From a virus: a stretch of DNA of 64,000 bases. The notes under the pieces are model-generated. The model did not search any database. It saw only the letters and a program-made list of their open reading frames with translations, and was not told the DNA's origin. Made by a program: the position numbers and the translations under genes. This document shows positions 36,711-44,057 of the stretch, one piece after another (within the stretch, counting starts at the first letter, position 1; the number at the start of each line of letters is the position of its first letter). The stretch is from IMG/VR virus record IMGVR_UViG_3300023174_006137, positions 95,492 to 159,491 of that record; one strand, written 5' to 3'.

Positions 36711-37439
36711 ATGTCTACATATAAATTTAATAAAACTATTAAACATTTAGAAAGCAAAGAAAAAATACTTTTTCTTTTAACCTCAAATAGATGGGAAGGT
36801 CATGACGAATTGCCAAAATCTTCAGCATTAGCTTATATGATGCAAGAAAAATTAGGTAAAGATAAAGTCAATATAATAGATGTTTCTAAACTTAACATAT
36901 ATGAATGTGAAGGAAATGTAAGCTCTAAAAATGGCAATAATTGTGGTGTTAAAGAATCTCAATTAAAAGGAAATAAAGATAAAACCGGAGAATTAAGATG
37001 TTGGGCATCTTTTAATAATAAAGATGATGAATTATATAAAATAGTTAATGAGTTATTAACTGCTGATTCTGTAATATTTTTTGGTTCTATAAGATGGGGT
37101 AAAATGAATGCTGTATATGCTAAATTAGTTGAAAGATTAACTTGGCTTGAAAATCGTTGGGCTACATTAGGAGAAAAAAATATAATTGAAGATATAGAAG
37201 TTGGTGTTATATCAGTAGGACATAATTGGAATGGAGAAGAAGCAATTAAATTAGAAAAAAAAGTTTTAACTTTTTTTGGTTTCCAAATAGTAGAAGAATT
37301 ATTTTGGTCTTATCAATGGACAAATGATGCAAAAGATGAAAGTAAATCAGGATATAAACAAGATCCAAAAGATTTTGATAAAGAATTTGGTAAATTAATT
37401 CAAGAATCAGTTTTAAGATTTGCTGATTTTATTAAATAA
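36711..37439 (+). CDS. Flavodoxin-like / NADPH-dependent FMN reductase family protein
   Basis: TS.R, IIDV.KLNI..C.G, DD.L..I...L..AD..IF.....WG. Confidence 0.7.
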   Translation: MSTYKFNKTIKHLESKEKILFLLTSNRWEGHDELPKSSALAYMMQEKLGKDKVNIIDVSKLNIYECEGNVSSKNGNNCGVKESQLKGNKDKTGELRCWASFNNKDDELYKIVNELLTADSVIFFGSIRWGKMNAVYAKLVERLTWLENRWATLGEKNIIEDIEVGVISVGHNWNGEEAIKLEKKVLTFFGFQIVEELFWSYQWTNDAKDESKSGYKQDPKDFDKEFGKLIQESVLRFADFIK

Positions 37440-37466
37440 AAACACCGTTATATAACGGTGTTTTTT
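37438..37466. terminator. Bidirectional intrinsic terminator
   Basis: AAAAACACCGTTA/TAACGGTGTTTTT. Confidence 0.75.
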
Positions 37467-37467
37467 A

Positions 37468-38679
37468 TTAAAAAACTAATGGCAACTGTCCCCAATCAGT
37501 AGTATATTTCTGCGATAAGAAATCTGCTCTTGTTTTCCATTCATGGTTTTGGACTCCAGGAATATCTATATTATCAAATTCTTCTTTAAAGACTGTTTTT
37601 GGAACACAATTTTTAGGTTTTAAATCAGAAAAATTTATTCCTGACTTATACCATAACCGAACTGGTAACTGCTCTAAAAATGGAGCCACCTGATTCCATA
37701 TCGATTGTATATCATCTGTATATTCAAATAATTTTATTGATAAATTCCAATAAACATAATCATCTTCAAAGCGATTAGTGCAAGCAAAAGGAATAACTTT
37801 ACCAACAACTAATTCTTCTTTAACTAATTTCTTATGACAAGTTTCTAAAAAAGTCCATACAGAATCTAATAATTGCTCTCGTCTCCAAATAGAATTACCA
37901 AAACTTCTAGAACAACTTATAGTTTTAGGTTTTTTAAATGATATAGATAAAGGATGACACATTATTTCTTGTAATTCTAACCAAGTTTTATACCCATTAA
38001 CATTCATTAATAATTTTACTTGCGTTGGAAGTAATTTTATAAAATCTCTTACATTATACACATTTAGACCTTTCAACTTTTTATTCCATTGACGCCCTAT
38101 CCCCCAAACATCTTCAATTTCTAGATTATACAAAATATTTTTATCAATATGCCAATAAGAGCAAACACCTTCATATTGAGATATAGATTTAGAAATTTTA
38201 TTACATAATTTAGCCAGTGTTTTATTTGGAGCAACACCTATGGAAACAGGAATACCTATTGATTCCTCAATAGTTAATTTTATTTTTTTAATTTCTTCTA
38301 CTATTTTATCGTCTGATATGTGACTTAAATCTAAAAAAGATTCATCGATAGAATAAACTTCTACTCTTGGAACTAACCTTTTAAGTAAAGTAGCAATTCT
38401 ATCAGAAATATCGCCATATAAATTATAATTAGAAGAGAATTTTGTAATAGTTTGCTTTTGTGCTTCTTCTAATTGAAAAACAGGTTGACCCATCTTTATA
38501 CCCATATCTTTTACTTCCTTACTTCTAGCAATGATACAACCATCATTGTTAGATAAGACAACGGTTGGTCGTTCTGTAAGATATGGTTTGAAAAGTCGCT
38601 CACAGGAAACATAAAAGTTGTTTGCATCCAAAATTGCTATTTTCGCTTTTGACTTAATACCCAGGTAATCGTTCCCCAT
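37468..38679 (-). CDS. umuC: Y-family DNA polymerase V subunit
   Basis: DANNFYVSCE, VVLSNNDGC.IARS, YSIDE, LS..YTT.W..LP C-terminus. Confidence 0.92.
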   Translation of the reverse strand: MGNDYLGIKSKAKIAILDANNFYVSCERLFKPYLTERPTVVLSNNDGCIIARSKEVKDMGIKMGQPVFQLEEAQKQTITKFSSNYNLYGDISDRIATLLKRLVPRVEVYSIDESFLDLSHISDDKIVEEIKKIKLTIEESIGIPVSIGVAPNKTLAKLCNKISKSISQYEGVCSYWHIDKNILYNLEIEDVWGIGRQWNKKLKGLNVYNVRDFIKLLPTQVKLLMNVNGYKTWLELQEIMCHPLSISFKKPKTISCSRSFGNSIWRREQLLDSVWTFLETCHKKLVKEELVVGKVIPFACTNRFEDDYVYWNLSIKLFEYTDDIQSIWNQVAPFLEQLPVRLWYKSGINFSDLKPKNCVPKTVFKEEFDNIDIPGVQNHEWKTRADFLSQKYTTDWGQLPLVF

Positions 38680-38939
38680 ATATTATCTCCTTTTTTATAT
38701 TTGGATAAGATAATTTTATCTGTTTTAATTAAAACTAAATCATCTATTTTTGGTTTCATCGATTTATCTACAACTAATATGTCACCTGTATTTATACCTA
38801 ATTTTTCATCACCACCATATTTAAAATAAAAAGTTGTAATTATATCAACTGGTATTAAATCATTTAAATCTAACCTCTTATCAACATAAGTTTCCGCTGG
38901 AGATCCAAATCCTGTTGTTTTTGCATTTATTATTAACAT
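38637..38939 (-). CDS. umuD: UmuD-like protein (degenerate S24 domain)
   Basis: GF.SPA..Y....LDLN, TFYF, GI..GDILVVD, WG.ITW; no catalytic Ser motif. Confidence 0.75.
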   Translation of the reverse strand: MLIINAKTTGFGSPAETYVDKRLDLNDLIPVDIITTFYFKYGGDEKLGINTGDILVVDKSMKPKIDDLVLIKTDKIILSKYKKGDNIWGTITWVLSQKRK

Positions 38940-38958
38940 ATCGTTATATATTAGAAAA

Positions 38959-39210
38959 TTATTTACCTACCAAACAATTTTTTATTAACTCCTCATTAAA
39001 ATCTTCTCTTCTTTGAAAGTGTTTATTTACCACTTTATACATTTTATCACAAAATCTGCCATTAGCATGTTTAATAACAATACCTTCTCTTATACCAGTT
39101 CTATAACTAGATTCTTTTTCAGATAATTCAATAATTTCTTGTATATTATTAAAAATTGTTTTATATGGCTTAAGAAATAAATCTATTTTGTTTTGAATAA
39201 TTTTCTTCTT
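38959..39210 (-). pseudogene. C-terminal fragment of an ATP-dependent RNA ligase
   Basis: ...SSYRTGIREGIVIK (motif IV)...YKVVN..F (motif V); no start codon upstream of motif IV and no KxDG motif I. Confidence 0.55.
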
Positions 39211-39231
39211 TTATTACTGATATCTCCAACT

Positions 39232-39447
39232 TTAATCATTTAATATATCATTTATATTATTATCTCTATTTTTGACTGCATTTAATACTGCATAATAATC
39301 TTCCATAGATTTAAATCCTAATTTTTCTAATAAAACTCTTTCATGTTCATAGAAACCATTACGAGAAACGTGTTCAACATTTAATGTTTTACAAAAATAT
39401 TTATAATCATCATAATCATCATATAATTTACTAAGAATACTACCCAT
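39232..39447 (-). CDS. Hypothetical protein with C-terminal RxxxIxxIL tag
   Basis: Ends RDNNINDILND. Confidence 0.55.
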   Translation of the reverse strand: MGSILSKLYDDYDDYKYFCKTLNVEHVSRNGFYEHERVLLEKLGFKSMEDYYAVLNAVKNRDNNINDILND

Positions 39448-39694
39448 TTAATATATCATTTATTTTATTATCACGATGTTTAGCAATAGTTATGAAATAA
39501 TTTTCCATTATTTCATTTCCAATTGTAAAAACTAAATTATCTTCTTCATCATAAACTAATGTAGTTTTCTTCCCCGATAGTGTTATTTCTTCTTCTAAAA
39601 AATATAATTGATCTTTTTTGAAATAACTAATTTTATTTAAAATTAAATCTTTAATACTAATAACAGGAAGTCTATTTTTCTCCATATTTATCAA
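39440..39694 (-). CDS. Hypothetical protein with C-terminal RxxKIxxIL tag
   Basis: Ends RDNKINDILNG. Confidence 0.55.
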   Translation of the reverse strand: MINMEKNRLPVISIKDLILNKISYFKKDQLYFLEEEITLSGKKTTLVYDEEDNLVFTIGNEIMENYFITIAKHRDNKINDILNG

Positions 39695-39896
39695 TTTGAT
39701 CTTTAATATAATTTTTTAAATTATTTCTTTCTGACCTTTTTGCAGCTCTTTGCTCAGACTTTAAATCTTTTTTAATTTTTTTAACAAGTCCAGGTTCTTG
39801 AATATCTCGTAATTTTCTTTTTTTCTTACGGATTTCTTCAACCTTTTCGTCATATTCGGATCTTTCTATATCAAATTCTTTCTTTTTCTTACTCAT
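39672..39896 (-). CDS. Small basic hypothetical protein
   Basis: 74 aa, K/R/E-rich. Confidence 0.5.
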   Translation of the reverse strand: MSKKKKEFDIERSEYDEKVEEIRKKKRKLRDIQEPGLVKKIKKDLKSEQRAAKRSERNNLKNYIKDQIDKYGEK

Positions 39897-40237
39897 ATAT
39901 CCTTGAAATCATTTTTAATTGGTCTAACCGCTATTGTCCTATCACACGAAGGACAATATACTTCTAAATTACCATCTTTTGGAATATATTCTCGCTGACA
40001 TTTACGAATGCAAAACTTAAGACCTTCTTTCTTAGTTCTAATGGAATTATTATTTAATTCAGTTTTTAACTCTGTAAGAACATTTTTTAATTCTTCTTTT
40101 GTTTTACCTTTAAGAGTATTTAACCATTCTAATTCATCAGAATCAGATGATTCCATTACTCTATCTAAACCTATATCTAAAACTTTACGAGTTAATTTTA
40201 TTTTATTAATTATAATATAAGAATCTACTTTATTCAT
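39893..40237 (-). CDS. Hypothetical protein with C-terminal Zn ribbon
   Basis: CIRKC...CPSCDR. Confidence 0.5.
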   Translation of the reverse strand: MNKVDSYIIINKIKLTRKVLDIGLDRVMESSDSDELEWLNTLKGKTKEELKNVLTELKTELNNNSIRTKKEGLKFCIRKCQREYIPKDGNLEVYCPSCDRTIAVRPIKNDFKDI

Positions 40238-40285
40238 AACTGCAAATGTAATAAATTAAATTGACTTTAACACATTTTTATTTCT

Positions 40286-40630
40286 TTAAAGTCTTTCAGA
40301 TTTTTTATAGGCTAATTCATAACTGGAATTAATCTTTTTATAAAGATTTTCTGCTGTAAATTCCTTTAAATAATCTCCTTTATTCTCAATTATATATTTT
40401 TCTGTATACCCACAATTAAATTGCTCGGCTTTAAAATGACAACCATCATAACAATCACATAGTGTTATGCCATTTTCCTTACAATATCCACCATTTGGCA
40501 TTAACTTTCTATTTGTAATATGATGTGCATCTAGCTTTGCATCCGTTCTGCCACACATAACACATTTAAAATTATCTCTTTCAAATACATCTTTACGAAA
40601 TTTTTCTCTAATTTGTTGTTTTATCTTCAT
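40286..40630 (-). CDS. HNH endonuclease
   Basis: VFERDNFKCVMCG, LDAHHI, NGITLC...CH. Confidence 0.82.
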   Translation of the reverse strand: MKIKQQIREKFRKDVFERDNFKCVMCGRTDAKLDAHHITNRKLMPNGGYCKENGITLCDCYDGCHFKAEQFNCGYTEKYIIENKGDYLKEFTAENLYKKINSSYELAYKKSERL

Positions 40631-40632
40631 AG

Positions 40633-40719
40633 AGGAAAACAGGATAGTCGAAATCCGCCCAACTTAATGGGTTCTCGTTTTCCAAACGAGCGGGGACACC
40701 TTTCCCACCTATACTTTCC
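40633..40719 (-). tRNA. tRNA-Ser(GGA) with non-canonical 8/4 fold
   Basis: Acceptor GGAAAGTA/TGTTTTCC (8 bp), T-stem GGAT/ATCC (4 bp), CTCGT-TT GGA AA-ACGAG, long V-arm. Confidence 0.7.
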
Positions 40720-40724
40720 ATTAG

Positions 40725-40811
40725 TGACTCCAGAAGGATTCGAACCCTCATAAAACATATACTGTCTCCCCGTTCGTAGCGGGGCGTTTTAATCCATTAA
40801 ACTATGGAGCC
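40725..40811 (-). tRNA. tRNA-Arg(ACG), long variable region
   Basis: CCCCG-CT ACG AA-CGGGG. Confidence 0.82.
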
Positions 40812-40818
40812 ATTTTAG

Positions 40819-41053
40819 TATTCAGAACGGGATTCGAACCCGCAAAGATTTCATAAATTATAACTTGGAAACCTGCTTCCTGAGTGTTTCCCAGTGCAAT
40901 CTGTTAACCTTGTGTTATAAACCCTCCACCCATTGGTCTTACAGCGGTTATTCACAACCATTCTTTGAATGCCTTTGGTAGTTAGTTAAAATCCCTCATT
41001 TTATGAGTATCCTTAGTGTTTTGGGACTGTTTTTCCTATTAAACTATCTGAAT
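40819..41053 (-). ncRNA. 235-nt tRNA-framed structured RNA
   Basis: Perfect acceptor ATTCAGA/TCTGAAT-A, D-arm GTTT/AAAC, T-arm GCGGG TTCGAAT CCCGT enclosing ~180 nt of multi-stem sequence. Confidence 0.65.
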
Positions 41054-41058
41054 ATTAG

Positions 41059-41143
41059 CGGTAGATACAGGATTCGAACCTGTGGAGCCCGAAGGCTCGG
41101 CAGTTTAGCAAACTGCTGGTATAGACCACTCACCCAATCTACC
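41059..41143 (-). tRNA. tRNA-Ser(GCU)
   Basis: GCAGT-TT GCT AA-ACTGC; V-arm GAGCC TTCG GGCTC; G73. Confidence 0.92.
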
Positions 41144-41148
41144 AAAAT

Positions 41149-41180
41149 AAAAAAGCCTCAGAAATAAATCCGAGGCTTTT
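41149..41180 (-). terminator. Attenuator terminator of the Ser/Arg operon
   Basis: AAAAGCCTCGGA-TTTATT-TCTGAGGC-T6. Confidence 0.88.
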
Positions 41181-41198
41181 AGTATAGACAATACACTA

Positions 41199-41255
41199 TC
41201 ATCTTCGGATTTCGAAGTTAAAACTACTGCGACTAGAAGAAAATATTGTGTTCAT
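41199..41255 (-). promoter_or_regulatory. Leader peptide MNTIFSSSRSSFNFEIRR (Ser/Arg attenuator)
   Basis: TCT TCT AGT CGC AGT AGT; AAATCCGA is complementary to terminator TCGGATTT. Confidence 0.88.
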
Positions 41256-41299
41256 ATACTATATATTAGTTTTTTATTTTTTGTTTTTATTTATTTTTA

Positions 41300-41329
41300 C
41301 AAAAGTAATATTTTTTTTGATTTTGCAAA
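41300..41329 (-). promoter_or_regulatory. Bacteroidota sigma70-type promoter of tRNA operon 5
   Basis: TTTG ... TACTTTTG. Confidence 0.7.
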
Positions 41330-41330
41330 A

Positions 41331-41861
41331 TTATCCAAACCTACTTAAAATAAAATCATCATCGTCATCATCGTCATCATCATTATCACTTTCGTCGATA
41401 ATATAATTTTCAATTTCCTTTTTTAATATATTACATTTTTCATAATTCTCGTTATATAATGCTTTAGCATATTCAGAATACAAAATTAAAAGATCGTCAT
41501 CATATTTACACAATTTGGAAATCTCATCATATAATTCATAATCCTTCATTTGTTCTGTATTATCATGTTCCAATTCATAATTATAAGTCATATTTTCTAT
41601 TTCTTCGTCAGTTTTATTTTCAAAATCTTTATCACGAAACCCTAATGCATATGCAAATTCTTTTATAGTTGGTATATTCTCAATATTTTCTTTTTTTAAT
41701 CTTTCCAAATATCCATCATACATTTGTTTCAAAGTAAATAAATCACCAGTTTTAAGATTTGATTGTTCTAGTTCATATCTTTTAAGAGATAAGTCAACTA
41801 TTTTTTGATTAAAAATAGACTCTTTTAATAAAAATAATTTATAATTGTTAATATATTTCAT
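41331..41861 (-). CDS. Acidic late protein with UVR-like motif and poly-Asp tail
   Basis: MKYINNYKLFLLKE; ALYNENYEKC..LK.EI; poly-D run. Confidence 0.55.
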   Translation of the reverse strand: MKYINNYKLFLLKESIFNQKIVDLSLKRYELEQSNLKTGDLFTLKQMYDGYLERLKKENIENIPTIKEFAYALGFRDKDFENKTDEEIENMTYNYELEHDNTEQMKDYELYDEISKLCKYDDDLLILYSEYAKALYNENYEKCNILKKEIENYIIDESDNDDDDDDDDDFILSRFG

Positions 41862-41952
41862 ATAAGTATATATTTATTTAAAAATATCATAAATATGCAA
41901 GCGTTCTATCCAATCCTTTAAATTATAATATAGATTATTTGTGAGTTCGTTG

Positions 41953-42025
41953 TCCGCCTGCCGGGAATCGAACCCGGCCCCATAGTTTAAAAGACTATTG
42001 CCTACAACCAGTTTGCTACAAGCGG
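41953..42025 (-). tRNA. tRNA-Lys(UUU)
   Basis: ATAGT-CT TTT AA-ACTAT. Confidence 0.85.
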
Positions 42026-42034
42026 TTAAACTTG

Positions 42035-42109
42035 TGTCCCCAGTAGGATTCGAACCTACAACCCGTTGGTTAAAAGCCAACTACTCTAAGCCAATTGAGC
42101 TATGAGGAC
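42035..42109 (-). tRNA. tRNA-Lys(UUU)
   Basis: GTTGG-CT TTT AA-CCAAC. Confidence 0.92.
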
Positions 42110-42196
42110 TAATTTTGTTAAGCACTCACTACTAATTGGTGCTTAACTAACCTGTTTCTGTTTTCGTTTTATTTGTTTCATACAATAATTTTTTTG

Positions 42197-42284
42197 CGGC
42201 AGATTAGAGAGTTCAACTCTAACAACGGATGATTACGTTCTAGCAATTTTCAAGATTGTGTACCTCAGTCAACTGGGATCTGCC
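42197..42284 (-). tRNA. tRNA-Ser(UGA), atypical D/T arms
   Basis: CAAT-CT TGA AA-ATTG; long V-arm; G73. Confidence 0.62.
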
Positions 42285-42291
42285 ATTTCTG

Positions 42292-42375
42292 CGGAAGTTG
42301 ACGGACTCGAACCCTCACAGCTTTTACACCTTCACCGTTTTCAAAACGGCTAACTACTCCTAATTAGGAACTTCC
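42292..42375 (-). tRNA. tRNA-Ser(UGA), atypical D-arm
   Basis: GCCGT-TT TGA AA-ACGGT; long V-arm; G73. Confidence 0.72.
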
Positions 42376-42380
42376 AATTG

Positions 42381-42457
42381 CACGGGTTGTAGGATTTTCA
42401 CCATTTAAACATTAACTTCCTTGCCGGAAGGTGTCTTAAATTTTAGACGAAACCCGT
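42381..42457 (-). pseudogene. Degenerate tRNA-like element overlapping the HNH stop codon
   Basis: Acceptor ACGGGTT/AACCCGT and D-stem GTCT/AGAC present, but 5-nt anticodon loop and broken T-arm. Confidence 0.5.
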
Positions 42458-43315
42458 ATTTTTATATTGTTTTAACCATTTTCTTATTACAGCCTCACTT
42501 ACTCCAAATAATTTACCTGTTCCTGTATTTCCGTTTTCTTTAACAAGTTTCATTAATTCTTCATAAGAAGGTCTATTTTTCACTTTTCTTTGTTTTATAG
42601 AACTACATATTTTGCATAATTTGCTATCTTTTGATATAATTTTACCACAAAAACATTTTTTATGTGTTTTTTCATTTTTATATTCATCTAATTCTTTATC
42701 ATACAATCTTTTAGTTTTATTGCTCCCACAATTAGTTTCCAAGGTAGAATTGCAATTAGGACAAACTATTCTTAAATTTTCAAGACGATTATCATAAGCA
42801 TCACCATTTATATGATCAAGTATATGAACTATTTTAGAATCATTAAACCAATTTTCATCTTGTCCGCATATTTCACAAATTTTATTTTTTATACCTTCTT
42901 TATATAATTTATTTTTTATTACTTTTCTCGAAACAAAAGAATCTTTATTCAGTATATCATCCAAATTTAAAGAATTTTTTGGCTTATTGCCTAACTTAAA
43001 ACCAGATTCAAAATGCTCAATATCTATATTATATAATTTTATATATTTTTTAATTGTTTGAAAATTACCAGAACATCGTGGTGATAAACCTAATTTTATT
43101 ATACATTCTGTATAACTTTTACACTCTTCAACTAATTTTTCAAATTCTTCTTTATTTTCATAAATATATGTTCTTTTTAATTTCAATTTTTTTGCCATTT
43201 CTTGACATGCTCTTTTTGTTCTACCAATCATATTGGCACAATAATCAGCACCCATTTTTGGAAAAAAATCACATAATAACTCTTTTTCTTTTTCTAACCA
43301 TTCATTCGAACTCAT
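42443..43315 (-). CDS. HNH homing endonuclease
   Basis: CEICG..W, LDHINGD..DNRLENLRIVCPNC, C-terminal HTH (GVSE..IRKW). Confidence 0.88.
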   Translation of the reverse strand: MSSNEWLEKEKELLCDFFPKMGADYCANMIGRTKRACQEMAKKLKLKRTYIYENKEEFEKLVEECKSYTECIIKLGLSPRCSGNFQTIKKYIKLYNIDIEHFESGFKLGNKPKNSLNLDDILNKDSFVSRKVIKNKLYKEGIKNKICEICGQDENWFNDSKIVHILDHINGDAYDNRLENLRIVCPNCNSTLETNCGSNKTKRLYDKELDEYKNEKTHKKCFCGKIISKDSKLCKICSSIKQRKVKNRPSYEELMKLVKENGNTGTGKLFGVSEAVIRKWLKQYKNTGFV

Positions 43316-43363
43316 ATTTTTACATTTGTTTAACTTATATATAAAAATATGAGTTCGCCCCTT

Positions 43364-43438
43364 TGGTGGTATCTACAGGTAACGATCCTGACTCTAATGT
43401 GCTTCAAACATTCGCTAATCCATCTCAGCTAAGATACC
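43364..43438 (-). tRNA. tRNA-Phe(GAA), CCA encoded
   Basis: AATGT-TT GAA GC-ACATT; T-loop ATCGTTA. Confidence 0.82.
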
Positions 43439-43444
43439 ATATTG

Positions 43445-43515
43445 CACGAGTTACAGAAATCGAATCCGTTCGACAAGGGTTTTGGAGACCCTCCGGCTAC
43501 CTTAGCCTAACTCGT
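43445..43515 (-). tRNA. tRNA-Trp(CCA)
   Basis: AGGGT-CT CCA AA-ACCCT; G73; compact D-arm. Confidence 0.8.
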
Positions 43516-43521
43516 ATTTAG

Positions 43522-43612
43522 GGCGATATGTGGGATTCAAACCCACGGTGTTTGATACAATCTCATTCAGGGTCACAGCCTGATTCCTTCGTTCACTCGG
43601 ACCAATACCGCC
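43522..43612 (-). tRNA. tRNA-His(GUG), long variable region, G-1 encoded
   Basis: TCAGG-CT GTG AC-CCTGA; G-1:C73. Confidence 0.78.
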
Positions 43613-43676
43613 ATTTTTACACTCTTCACCAGATTAACGGACTGGCTGCCATATAGGAAGTGAGTGTAAAACTCCG

Positions 43677-43750
43677 GGAGTAAGACGGGGATCGAACCCG
43701 CTGCCTCAGGTGCCACAAACCTGCGCTCTACCAAATGAGCTACCTACTCC
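43677..43750 (-). tRNA. tRNA-His(GUG), G-1 encoded
   Basis: CAGGT-TT GTG GC-ACCTG; G-1:C73. Confidence 0.88.
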
Positions 43751-43756
43751 ATATAC

Positions 43757-43788
43757 AAAAAAAGCCGAACTATATAGTTCGGCTTTTT
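43757..43788 (-). terminator. Attenuator terminator of the His/Trp/Phe/Ser/Lys operon
   Basis: AAAAAGCCGAACT-ATAT-AGTTCGGC-T7. Confidence 0.9.
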
Positions 43789-43810
43789 ATTTCTTAAAAC
43801 AATAACTCTT

Positions 43811-43903
43811 TTATGAAGTCTTGTTATTGAAACATAACTCTACCGAACTCTGATTTCTAAACCAGAATTTAAACGAATGTTTATGTGAGCTAAAATGTTT
43901 CAT
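43811..43903 (-). promoter_or_regulatory. Leader peptide MKHFSSHKHSFKFWFRNQSSVELCFNNKTS (K/H/F/S/W attenuator)
   Basis: 14 consecutive K/H/F/S/W codons; AGTTCGGT is complementary to terminator GCCGAACT. Confidence 0.9.
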
Positions 43904-43952
43904 AAAATACTTTTTTAAAATTATTATTGTTTTTGTTTTTATTTTTATTTAG

Positions 43953-44024
43953 TAGCGGGGAGTGGACTTGAACCACTGATCTCTGGGTTATGAGCCCAGC
44001 AAGATGCCGCTTCTCTACCCCGCA
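43953..44024 (-). tRNA. Initiator tRNA-fMet(CAU)
   Basis: CTGGG-CT CAT AA-CCCAG (three G-C pairs); 1:72 mismatch. Confidence 0.88.
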
Positions 44025-44057
44025 GTATGTCTTTTTTATTTGTTTTTTATTATAAAG

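Noticed and set aside
40819-41053. tmRNA (suggested by smpB)
   Set aside because: It has a D-stem, lacks the G3:U70 Ala identity and has no convincing tag ORF; kept as an unknown ncRNA.
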